Source: an uncultured virus (IMG/VR IMGVR_UViG_3300048836_000122)
Taxonomy: Duplodnaviria > Heunggongvirae > Uroviricota > Caudoviricetes
Virus record (IMG/VR): IMGVR_UViG_3300048836_000122
Strand: one strand, 5' to 3'
DNA: 64,000 nt
Shown: positions 11,314-22,500 of the stretch, piece by piece
Layout: every line of letters begins with the position of its first letter
Position numbering within the stretch: position 1 is the stretch's first letter
Translations under genes and position numbers: made by a program
The notes under the pieces: model-generated
The model's database searches: none
Told to the model about the DNA's origin: nothing
Seen by the model: the letters and a program-made list of their open reading frames with translations, nothing else

Positions 11314-11994
11314 ATGGATCCGATAACAATAGGTCTAATGGCCAAAGGAATAATAGGTGGCACGCAGTTAATGGGTGGTCTCTTTGGGGCGGCTACAAAC
11401 AAGCGGCCTAAATACAAAACACCGGGAGCAGCAACGGGTGCGCTTGCAATTGCTCAAGAGCAAGCAAACAGGATGGAAATGCCTGGTGAAAGCACCATGT
11501 ATGGTAAGATAGACCAGCAAGGAGCCAATATGCTTGAGGCCGCAAGAGAATACGGCATGGCCGGACTTGCTTCGTTACCTGCTATTCAAGCAAAGATGCA
11601 AGGCAGTAAATTGGATGTAGGGATGCAAGCTGCCAAATGGCGGGATCAAAAACAAGCAGCACTACAACAAGCCCTTGGCACTTATGCAGGATATCAAGAC
11701 CAAGAGTTCCAAATGAATGAGTTTGCACCATTCAAAGACAAACAACAGCGGTCACAGAATGCCATAGGAGCCGGAGCGCAGAACCTAATAGGAGGTATCG
11801 ACACTTACTCAATGCTTTCGCTGTTGAATCCGGAAGCGGGAGCATCACCAGCACCGACAGCCAACACAGCATTTGGAGGACTACCTGGTCATGGGTTTGC
11901 TGACATATTCAAAGGAATGACACCGGAGATGTTGAGCGGAGGAAAAGGCCCGTCAAAGTGGCAAAGCATGTTATCAATCTTTAAACCAAAATAG
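11314..11994 (+). CDS. putative internal virion (ejection) protein
   Basis: MDPITIGL start, Gly/Ala/Gln-rich helical composition; follows the nozzle gene as in podoviruses. Confidence 0.55.
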   Translation: MDPITIGLMAKGIIGGTQLMGGLFGAATNKRPKYKTPGAATGALAIAQEQANRMEMPGESTMYGKIDQQGANMLEAAREYGMAGLASLPAIQAKMQGSKLDVGMQAAKWRDQKQAALQQALGTYAGYQDQEFQMNEFAPFKDKQQRSQNAIGAGAQNLIGGIDTYSMLSLLNPEAGASPAPTANTAFGGLPGHGFADIFKGMTPEMLSGGKGPSKWQSMLSIFKPK

Positions 11995-13560
11995 ATGTAT
12001 CCCGTAGGCGGTTCACAAGGGCAGACATGGAACTTCAACGAAGGTCAAGGAGAGGCGACAATCCTAAAAACCCCACTCACGGATAATTACATATCCAATG
12101 AGGTTCTACTGCAATCGAGAGAGCGCAAGGAACAGGCCAAGAAGGATGCAGACGACTTCCAGAAGAGGATTGATGCCATGAATACAGCGTATCAGTCCGC
12201 TGACATAGAAGCCCAACACGCACTACGAGAGGGCGTAATGGACTACATTTCAGATGTGAGTGATTACCGGGCGAAAACCGGAAAGAATCCATTGCTGGCA
12301 TCGAGCGTCGATCCTGATTCAAAAAAGTATCAAGACGGCTACCAGCAGCTTATGGCATTGCCGCAAATGGCTAAACAGTTGACGACGGAAATTAAAGGCC
12401 AAATCGACTTATATAAAGCAAATCCTGAAAAATACCTTGCAGATGAAAACTTGGAAACGCTCCAAAAGGGATTGTCAGATGGCCAACTTCAAAGATATCT
12501 AAGCGGCCAAGACAAAGTACCTTCGCTGCAACTCAAAGCACCGACCGTGGATGTAATTGGAGGGCTTTCCAAAGGACTTACAGGCATGGGTGTTGATTTG
12601 AATAATTCCGCATCAGTTACAGCAGGAACACCGCTTGTTGTTGAATCTCTTTTAGCTGGTCCGGACAAAGAAAAGTACGAAAACTCCGCATCTCAAGCAA
12701 TATCAAGAATGTCACCGGAATACCAAGATGCGTTAAAAAAACGTGCAGAGGAGTCAGGCGTATCCCCGATAGCGCAGTACATGGTAGAAGTTGGCAATTC
12801 ACTGGCAGACACGAAATACACGTTTGACAGTAGAGAAAACGACTTCTATGAAAAAGCCAAGCAAAAAGTAGCGATAGTTACAACAGACACATATTCTGGT
12901 CCGAAGGTGGATGAAGCATTGAGACTCATGAAAGAGTATGCAGAGGCCGATCCAAAGTTCATGGCTGATCTTGAGCGAAAAGGAATGACTTTAGATCAAT
13001 GGTCAAAAGGATGGGGTGCAAAGAAAGTTCCATGGGGCCCGACATCATCTACCGCCCCGAAAGACGACAACGAAAATGGTGGCGGTGGTGATACTAACCG
13101 GATGCATGTAGAGGACAGAATACAAGCATTAGAAAAAGGCGATGCGCTGGCTCAAGGAATTGTTGCCAATTACAAATTCCCAGGGAACCCATCTGTAAAA
13201 GATATACTTGGGAATACGGTAGCAGCACTTCCAGGCACATTCGTATCAGTACACACAACCACGAAGGAAAACGAGAACTTTGGAGGTAAAATTCAGCCAG
13301 GCGAGTCTGTATTTAAAATACAGATTAGGGTAGAAAAAGATATAGATGTACCTACAACAAAGGCAGGTGCAAAGCCTGAACTACGTAAAGATTCAGGTGT
13401 GTTTAAGAAAGAGGGGGGAGTCAACTACCAAATAATCACAGTCGGACGAGAGGAAGCTATAAAGATTTTGGGACCTGCATTTGTGAGTGAATTAAAAGCA
13501 AAGCAAGGGCAATCCGAGGCCGGGCAAGCGTCCAACACCAATGTTAATATGTTAGACTAA
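11995..13560 (+). CDS. putative internal virion (ejection) protein
   Basis: 521 aa, helical, between the small ejection-like gene and the giant protein. Confidence 0.5.
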   Translation: MYPVGGSQGQTWNFNEGQGEATILKTPLTDNYISNEVLLQSRERKEQAKKDADDFQKRIDAMNTAYQSADIEAQHALREGVMDYISDVSDYRAKTGKNPLLASSVDPDSKKYQDGYQQLMALPQMAKQLTTEIKGQIDLYKANPEKYLADENLETLQKGLSDGQLQRYLSGQDKVPSLQLKAPTVDVIGGLSKGLTGMGVDLNNSASVTAGTPLVVESLLAGPDKEKYENSASQAISRMSPEYQDALKKRAEESGVSPIAQYMVEVGNSLADTKYTFDSRENDFYEKAKQKVAIVTTDTYSGPKVDEALRLMKEYAEADPKFMADLERKGMTLDQWSKGWGAKKVPWGPTSSTAPKDDNENGGGGDTNRMHVEDRIQALEKGDALAQGIVANYKFPGNPSVKDILGNTVAALPGTFVSVHTTTKENENFGGKIQPGESVFKIQIRVEKDIDVPTTKAGAKPELRKDSGVFKKEGGVNYQIITVGREEAIKILGPAFVSELKAKQGQSEAGQASNTNVNMLD

Positions 13561-16500
13561 TGGATAAAGAGCTATATAAGTGGGTCACAGACAGAAGGCT
13601 TTACAGTAAGTCCTATGAAGAGTTCGTACAACAGTACGGAGGTGACAACTACAAAGGGCTTTACCAGAAATTAAAGGCTAACAATATTATTGATGCCGAG
13701 TCGCCCGAACAATTTTTGAAAGGATTTACAGGTGGTAAGGACCCATTGAGAAGGGATGAAGATATGGGGCAAGTGCAGCAGCAAGAAGCGCCTGAAACGC
13801 CTACTCCATTAATCCCGCAAGAGGAAATTCCGCAGGAAGCACCGCAGGAAACACCACAGGAAGCACCACAAGAAGGACTGCCTGGTTCATGGGATGGCAT
13901 GGAAGTTCAAGAACTACCTGTAACGCCTACGCCCATAAATCCTGAATGGAAACCGGAATCACCATCTGGAAGGGGATTTGTTACATCTGACTACGATCCA
14001 TTGGTGAAGCCCAAAAAATTAAGGCTGTCAGAGCAGTACGACATGGTACGAAGTGGCACGGCACCAAGACCAGACGGTCAGCGGTCGGTATTTGACCAAG
14101 CAGCTTATGATGCAGAGCAAGGCATTGGCACACAAGTCAGCATGGATTTGGTCAATCAGATCACCAAAGGTGTTGATGTAGATGATCAGTCCAAGGCAGA
14201 AGTTGCCGACTACCTCACCAAAAACCCGGATGTTTATGCCCGTACAGCCCAGCGCCTCATGTATGAAAAGGCGGGATCATTTGGCCTGTCAGAGGAATCA
14301 CCGGTAGATTTTGAACTTCCGGCTATTCAAAGATTAGACAAACGACTCAGAATACGAAATGACGAAAAAGCCATAAAAGAACACAACGAGTTCAGGCAAA
14401 ACAACGAAGCAGTCAACCGGGAGTTTGCACGGATACATGCCCAGGCGATTAAGTCCAACATGCAAACCAAGGAAGAAGATGCAAAGATTTTGCAGGAGAG
14501 AATTGGACCGGAGCGAATCAATGAGTATTACAGTGCAAAGCAATTTGACCGATTAATGACCAACGTATTTGAAGGTGAGTCGGTAAAATTAGAGGACGAG
14601 GAGGACGAGAACGTAAAAGAATCCTACAACAACGCAGGGTCAATAACCGACCTTGAAAAGTTCATGGAACAGTATCCTGAAAGTCCATTGGCTAAAAAGG
14701 CGGCATTTGACGTGGCCATGGAACTCGACATGGACTTCGACAAAGCAAAACAACAGCAAGAAGCTACACGCAAATCATTAGGCAATTACAAAGATGTAGA
14801 TGAATTTTCTGGTGTGTTGGAATCAATCGACCAAGACTTTCACCGGCACGAAAAAGCCATGGAAAAGTTGGGAAGGTTGCCACAAGTAGCCCCCAGGGGA
14901 ATGCGTGATGAAATCCAAAACCTAAAGAATGCGATAACCCAAACCAAGTACGCTTCGATAGCAAGTTATAATTCCGCTGCAGCACTGATGACCGCAGCTA
15001 TGAAGGGAACCGGTGATCCAAATGATCCGGTCTATCAAAAAGCCTTGGCGATGAACGAAGAACAGCGCACAAGGTATTTGGCCCGGCACAAAAACGCAGC
15101 AGAGAAAGCCGCACAGTTTGAAGTAATCACCCAACAGATAGAAGATATCGACGACATTGGAGACTTCACCAGGTGGGGTATAAACGTATCTGTACAGATG
15201 GTTCCCATTGTCTCTACGATAATGGCTGGGGGGTTATTAGGTGCTAAAGTTGGAAGCATTGGAGGCCCTGTTGGTGCAGCGGCAGGCTCGTTCACCGGAT
15301 CATTTTTAGTTGGGTGGGCGGCATACGGAGGTGATATGTACACCGCCATGCTTGAGGGAGGCGTAGAGACAGATGTAGCGAAAAATGCTGCAATGAAGTA
15401 TAGTGTTCTTCCATCCGCAGTTTCTATTCTGTTTCCGGCATCCGTCACATACGGCATGACCAGGGTACTTGGACGGGAGTATTTAAAAAATCAAGTCAAG
15501 AAGCAACTGCAAGCGGGACTAACAGGTAAAGCAGCCCAACAATCTGCACAATCAGCTATTCAAAAGGAGACTATAAAGCGAGGATTAAAGACCGTAGGGA
15601 TAGGTATTCCATCGGAGGGCATGGCCGAACTCATTGCCCAGCGCATGGTGATTGATGGAAAGATGCGGACGATTCCAGGTTTTCACATGACCCGGGATGA
15701 AATCAGATCAGAGATATTGAACGCCGGAGCTGCAGGCCTGTCATGGGGTGGAGCGATGGGTGCAGGAGCATTCGTATCGCAGAAAGCTACAAAAGCGGCC
15801 TTTGACGATGCGAAGTTTGGTTTAGAGATGGACAAGTATCTCAACCAATTGCAAGAAATGGACCACTGGGATCCATACATGGCCAAGCGAATAATCACCC
15901 AACTCAAGAGTCAGAAAAAACTAAATCCAGAGCAAAAGAAAATACTGGCCCATCTTCAAGCCGCCAAGGATCCAAATCCTCAACTAAGCGAGGCGTTAAA
16001 CGAAATGAACTTCTGGAAAGACAAGGTCTATCACAGAGGCAATAAAACAAATCTGTCACGCTTCACAGAACTTTGGAATAAGCAGCAGAAGGGTGATACG
16101 ACTTATGCAGAGGACACCGAGTTGATGATGATCGCCATGAATAAAGGCGAAGTGGTCGCCGGTGAATATCAAAAACTTTACACAGTCACGACCAAGGACG
16201 GTCAGGAATATACAATTATAGCCCATAGCGTTCAACACGCAGAAGCTTTGACCAAGGACCTTGATGATGTGGTAAGTGTCGTAAAGAGGGAATACAATGC
16301 CAATGACCAGGCAGACGATGTAACTCAAGAACCGGCCTATATTCGAGCACTAAAGGAAGTATTCAATTCGGACTTTGTTCCTCAAGAATTTACGGCCGGA
16401 GAAAAAACGTTCAAGGATGCTACCATGGACGAGTTGTTGTTTAGTGTTGAGGCAGACCTTGCACAAGCAACAGAAAAAACCCATCGAGACGAACTACGAG

Positions 16501-19500
16501 CTGCAATGGCATCTGGCGACTTCATGGCACAAATCAATGCCGGAGAGATAACGTTTGAGCGAGGCCAGGAGATAGCGGATAGCATGGGATTGGAGAAAGA
16601 GTTTGATGCAGCTATTTTGGCAGCCCGGGAGCAGATGGCGAAGGATTATGCAACGGAAGCCGAGACGGAAGCCGAGACGGAAGCGGAGACGGAAGCGGAA
16701 GCCGAGACCCAAGCCGAGACGGAAGCGGAAGCCGAGACCCAAGCCGAGACGGAAACTGAGACCGAAACAGAGGCTGCAACCGAAACTGATGCAGAAGTTG
16801 AGACGGCTGAGACAAAAGTTGAGACAAAAGTTGAGACAGAACTTGAGCGAATCGATCAAGAGATAAAGGACTACTACAAGCAAGTAGATGCACTGCGCAG
16901 TAACACCGATCCTGCAAAGCGGGAGCAAGTACAATCGGAAATAGCAGCACTTCAAGAAAAGAAGGCAGCGAATACAAAGCGCCGGGCAGAAATCCTCAAG
17001 GCGCAAGCGGATATGAAGATGCAGAAGATTGAGGCCGTCACAGAGGCTACAACGGATGCGAAGGACGCAGCGGAGAAAAATGAAACACCAAACTTTAATG
17101 ATGTCAAAAATGAACAAGGAAAAAAAACCATACGAAGATTATCGGAAGAAAGTGAACGAGGAAGGAGCGAAAGCGGTGAAGCTAATGCAATCGCAACCAT
17201 TATCGTTAGCCGAATCCACAGAGATGTTCAAACGCAACAAGGAGTTAGCAATCCAAATGCGTATGGAAAGATCAAAGAATTAGAAGAAAGTGCGCTGCGA
17301 GATTACGCAAATAAAAATGGACTAATAATTCCCACACCAGAAACTGAAATAGTTTCGGATGGTAATGAGAGCGACATCTACATAACAGGAGATAACGTCA
17401 CAAAAGTCACTACTGTAAATAATTACAATAGTTGGTTAGAGTTATTTGATAGTATAGCAATCCACAATGCGGAAAACCCAAACACGCAATATACCATTAA
17501 GGGTTTCGCTGAAAACAAAGAGGGGATGTTTTCGATAGTGGTTGAGCAGAAAATGATTCATGGTAATCCAGCTAAACTCGATGTGATTCACGCAGACCTT
17601 CTAAGTAAAGGGTACGAACTATCGGGGGCGTATGGAGACGGACGGTATATTCATAAAGATAAGAATATAGTTCTTGAGGATATAAAAGAAGACAATGTTC
17701 TTGTAGATAGCAATGGAAACTTATTCTATATTGATACAGACTATTACCCCTATGACGCTCAGAGGGGGGGTGAGTTGATTGTAGATTATGCCGACATTGC
17801 GCAAGAGTCATCAAGTAAATCCACCGACTACCGGGTGCCAATCACGGGAATAGCTGTAAAGGAGGATGTATTTCAAAACAGAGACGGAGCAGATGGCAAG
17901 CCATTGACTTTGGACGACATGATCAACAACCCAGAAAAGGCGGGGCGAGCATTTGTTCGGGTAGATCGTATGGCTAAAAACTGGTCTGATGCGAAGCAAG
18001 ACCCCATTCATATATGGAGAGATGTTGAAGGACAATTGGGACCAAAGAACCAAGCCTATGTATTATCCGGGCACCATCGTCTTGCCGCAGCAACCAAAGC
18101 TGGGCGCACTGATGTGTTGGTTAGAGACCGTACAGAAGACTTCGGAACAGACTATGCCGCCGCAGCAGAGTTTGCGAAAGTAGAGGCTAACACGTTGTCC
18201 GAGGCAGAAACTGGATTAGAGAGATCTAAGGTGTATCGCAAGATGCGAGCGGATGGGAAATCCAAGTCAGAAATCAAAGCACTTGCGGCTGAGATAGAGG
18301 GCAGTAATGCAGCAAGGATATTAAAGTGGAGCAATCTTAACCCGGAAGGAAATCTTCTCAAAGACATGGCCAAGGTCAAAGATGAAGATGGAATCACGAA
18401 TATGGAGAAGCTGGCTGCATGGATTGGAGCGGCCCGGGACCGGGTGCCAATGAGTGACATCCAGGAAAATCAGTTATATGCATGGGCTACGGAAAACTTC
18501 AAGAAGTATTCCAATGAAGATCATTTTGTAGCGAATGTTCGGGAGGCTTTTGAGAATGCCGATACACCATTGAAGTTAAAATACAAGGAGCAAGAAGTTA
18601 CTGGCTCGCAGAAGCTAAAAGAACTCAAGGAAGAATCAGCCAGGCTAATGAGTGAGCTGGGGGATTTGTCAAGCCGGTTAATTGACCCAACAAACGAAGG
18701 GTATCTAAAACCGGACTCACCGACCTACCAAGAAGACCTTACCAGGCTGACTGAACTCCAAGCGCAAAAGCAAAAAGAAGTACAGGCCATTAATGCTCGG
18801 ATATACGAACTAAGCAAAAAGCCAAAAGAAGAATCAGGGCAGTCAGAATTGTTTAGTGTAGGCGAAAAGACTGCAAAAACAAAGCAAGCCAAGGGTGAAA
18901 TGCTATCTGAATTCCTCAAAGGAAAAGGCGTTAATATTCGAGTAGCAAAATCAGCCAAGGACTGGAATGCTATGTTAAATAGCGTAGCAAGTGATTCGGA
19001 AGTATTATTTAGTATCCTTGATGAAATAGATTTATTCACAGGAGACGTAGAAGCATCGAAAGCCTTCATAGATAAAGTATTTTCCACGATAAGCAAAGAA
19101 GATGGTAAGACAGCCTTCAAGAAAATGGCAATCAAATACCATCCAGACAAAGGCGGTGCGCTCGAAGTCATGCAACATCTTGTAGCAACGTATGACAAGT
19201 TCAAGGCCGGAGAGCCAATAAACAGACAGTCCAAAGATTGGGCGCAGGAGCAGCGACAATGGCAGGAATCTACTCGGAGTAGAGAAGAAGCCAACCGTGC
19301 AAAAGAGCAAGCCAAGCGCCAACAGCGAGAGTCACAGGAAAGGGCCCAGCGAGAGCAAGCCCGTAAAGCCCAGGAAGAAGCGGAGCGCAAAGCACGGGAA
19401 GAAGTAGAAAGGATCCTTCGAGAAATGAAAGAGGAGGGCGAAGCATTGCAAGCGGAAATCGATGCAGACAGAGCGAGATCGGCAGCCAACATGGATCAGT

Positions 19501-22500
19501 TGATCAAAGAACTGAACAAGGGTAAAAAACCGTGGTGGAGATTCCAATATAACCAAGGGCAGATCGCAGGATTTGTCAAAGACGGTGTAATGTTCCTGAA
19601 CCCGGCTACATTAAACACCAAGACTGTTCTCCATGAAAACCAGCATATATGGCAGCAAGCTGTAAAAGATGCGGCAAGAAACGGTGATGCAGATGCCCAA
19701 GCGATCATGCAAAAGCGCCAGGAGTTGTTTGGCAAAATGGCCGACAGCACCATGGCAGGCCGTCCACCCGTTGCAGAACTATCAAATGCGGTTTACAAGC
19801 AAAAAACAGGCGAATCGAAAGATGCATGGAGAAACCGGCTAATTGACGAGATCGAAGCCTACATGACCAGCGAAGCTATGCAAGGCAGGTTAGATGCTTT
19901 AGAGAAAAAGAACCCAAGTCTATTCCAACAAGTGAAAGACTTCATTGCAGCATTGAATGAGTGGTTATCAGGACTTATCGGACTAAAAGGCCAGGATGTA
20001 CTGAACATGACCATGGATGAGTACATTGATGCAGCAGGGGCCAGCGCACTGAAAGGAGAATTTAATTCACAAAAAAAATCAACAAATGAAAAATTCAACA
20101 GACAAGAATGGGAAATCCTTAGTGAAGGAAATGGAATCCTACGACTCATCCAAGATGACCTTGGATTATATGAAGGAAAGTATTCAGAAACGGATGTCTT
20201 TAATAAGCTCAGGGCAAAGTATCAAGACCAAGGAATAGTATTGGACAATATTGACACAAGATTAGGTGCAGAAATAGGCAACGGAACTGAATCTTTAATA
20301 TGGGGTAACCCTGAGAACAAATCAGTTATAAAGGCGATGTCATACGACATGGAGGGTGGAATCGCAAACTTGATAGACAAGATTGTAATTCATAATTCCG
20401 TATTCCCAGAAACAAAAATAAGTTTACTTGGGATAGGGAATTTATCCGACGGGACCAATGTATTTATAGTCGAGCAGCCATTTGTCGATTACAATAACGA
20501 TGTTGTAATGAATAGCGATGATATTGTGGACTTTATGAAGTCAAAAGGTTTTGATAAAATCACAAATGACAAATACCCTGTATTCTCAAATGGCAGATAT
20601 GAATTAAAAGACTTACATGAAGGGAATATAGGAATAACAAAGGCGGGAAATATTGGGGTGATAGATTTTTTTGCGGATATAGTTAGGGAGGCTGAAACGG
20701 GAGGCGAGACGCTGTTTGTTGAGGAAAGCCAGGTAAGTTCCGGGGGTGAGCAAGAAGCACAAGCCGTAGTCGATCAGGTGTCCAAAGCATTTCCGAACAT
20801 CGCCGTAGTAACGGATGGCGCAGAAGTCGCCAAAGCAAAAGTTGCAGCCGGAGTGGAGGGCGCTCTTGGATTTGTGTATCAGGGTAAAGTGTTTATCGAT
20901 ATGAAAATCGCAAGGCCCGACACGCCAATACACGAATTTGGCCATATATGGGGTCTGTGGGCAAAGATGAATGATAACGCACACTACCAAAAAGGATTGC
21001 AGTTAGTCGAGGGTAGTGTTTACGAAGCCAGGGTCCGTGAGTCTGGAAAATACGAAGGACTAAGCAAAGAAGAAATCCTTGACGAAGCCTTAATGATGGC
21101 TATTGGAGAGCGAGGTGCAGAAATAACCAAGGGAGGATTTAAGCAATGGCTTAAAGAACTTTGGGACAGCGTGAAGGCTCTGTTCATGGGCAAGCCGGAC
21201 ATCGAGAACATGACCTTGGAACAGTACGTAGATGCTGTTGCAACACAGTTACTTGATGGCACACCGATAAGCAATGTAACATCTGAACAGATTGCAAAGG
21301 TCCAGGAGCGAACCAAGCCAATGTTCTTTGAAGAAAAGAGCGCAATGGAACTTGGGTCAATGGTAGGGAATACAGTAATTGCCAGGCAGCTTGAAGAATC
21401 CGGACGAAGTGGTGCAGAAATTGAAGCCATTACTGGATGGCACAAAGGACCGGATGGCAAGTGGCGGGTATTTGTACCTCAATCCTCCAATGTTTCAAAA
21501 GGAGAAACGCTGGGTCAGATGATGGATATTCCTCACTTGTACAAGTTGTATCCAGAGGCGAAAGACCTACCTATTAAGATAGTAGATCATACTGACTTTA
21601 CAGCAGCTTATAATTTTGATGGACACATTGAAGTAAGCAGGGCTGCAATGGAAAGTCCGTCACTCGCATCGCATTTGATACATGAGGCTCAACACTTTGT
21701 GCAACATCAAGAAGGATTAATCAATCCGGACAATGCCGCAGACCTGACCAATGCAGAGCAAGTTATGTGGAATGCTATCGGCGGTTTCCCTGATGCATGG
21801 AGAGGTTGGAGCGATGGCATGATCAGGACCGGATTGGAAAACATGGTAAATGACCTGGCAGCTAAAAGGTACACAAAGTCCATGGTCGATGGGAAAACCT
21901 ACACTCATGCAGATGTAAGGGGATTGTTCCATATTCCCATTGAAGTTGATGCAAATGGTAATTTCCGAGAGATTAGTCAAGAGCTGTTCGATGCAGCCAC
22001 CGAATATTCACAAGACAGAAAACCGTATGAAGGACAAGAACAAAATGTTGCTGACAGAGTTGCGCAAGCCAAAGAACGGTACGAAAAAGCGCTCAAAGCA
22101 GAAACCAAAATATCCAATTTTTCCGGAGGTACTAAGTCAAGAGGACGAACCACAGGCCATATATCGCAAACGGTAACGACCAACCCAATAATAACCACCT
22201 TACTGTCAATGTACACCGGTGACAAATCCAAGGGATATGTTTCTCAGTACACAGAACAGCAAGCAGAAGCGGCGGCCAACCAAATTGAACTCTACCAGTC
22301 CATGGAAAACATGGGAGTTGATCCGGCAGAGGTATGGTGGATTCGCAGTAAAATGGAAGCCAAATCAACTAATGTCGAAGCGCAAAGTATTTGGGAGCCA
22401 ACAGGCGCATACTTAGAGTCGGTAAAGGTATTTGCAAATGAATACAAAGCACGGACAGCCGATATAGATCCAGTACTGCAGAAGAAATTAATGGATCACA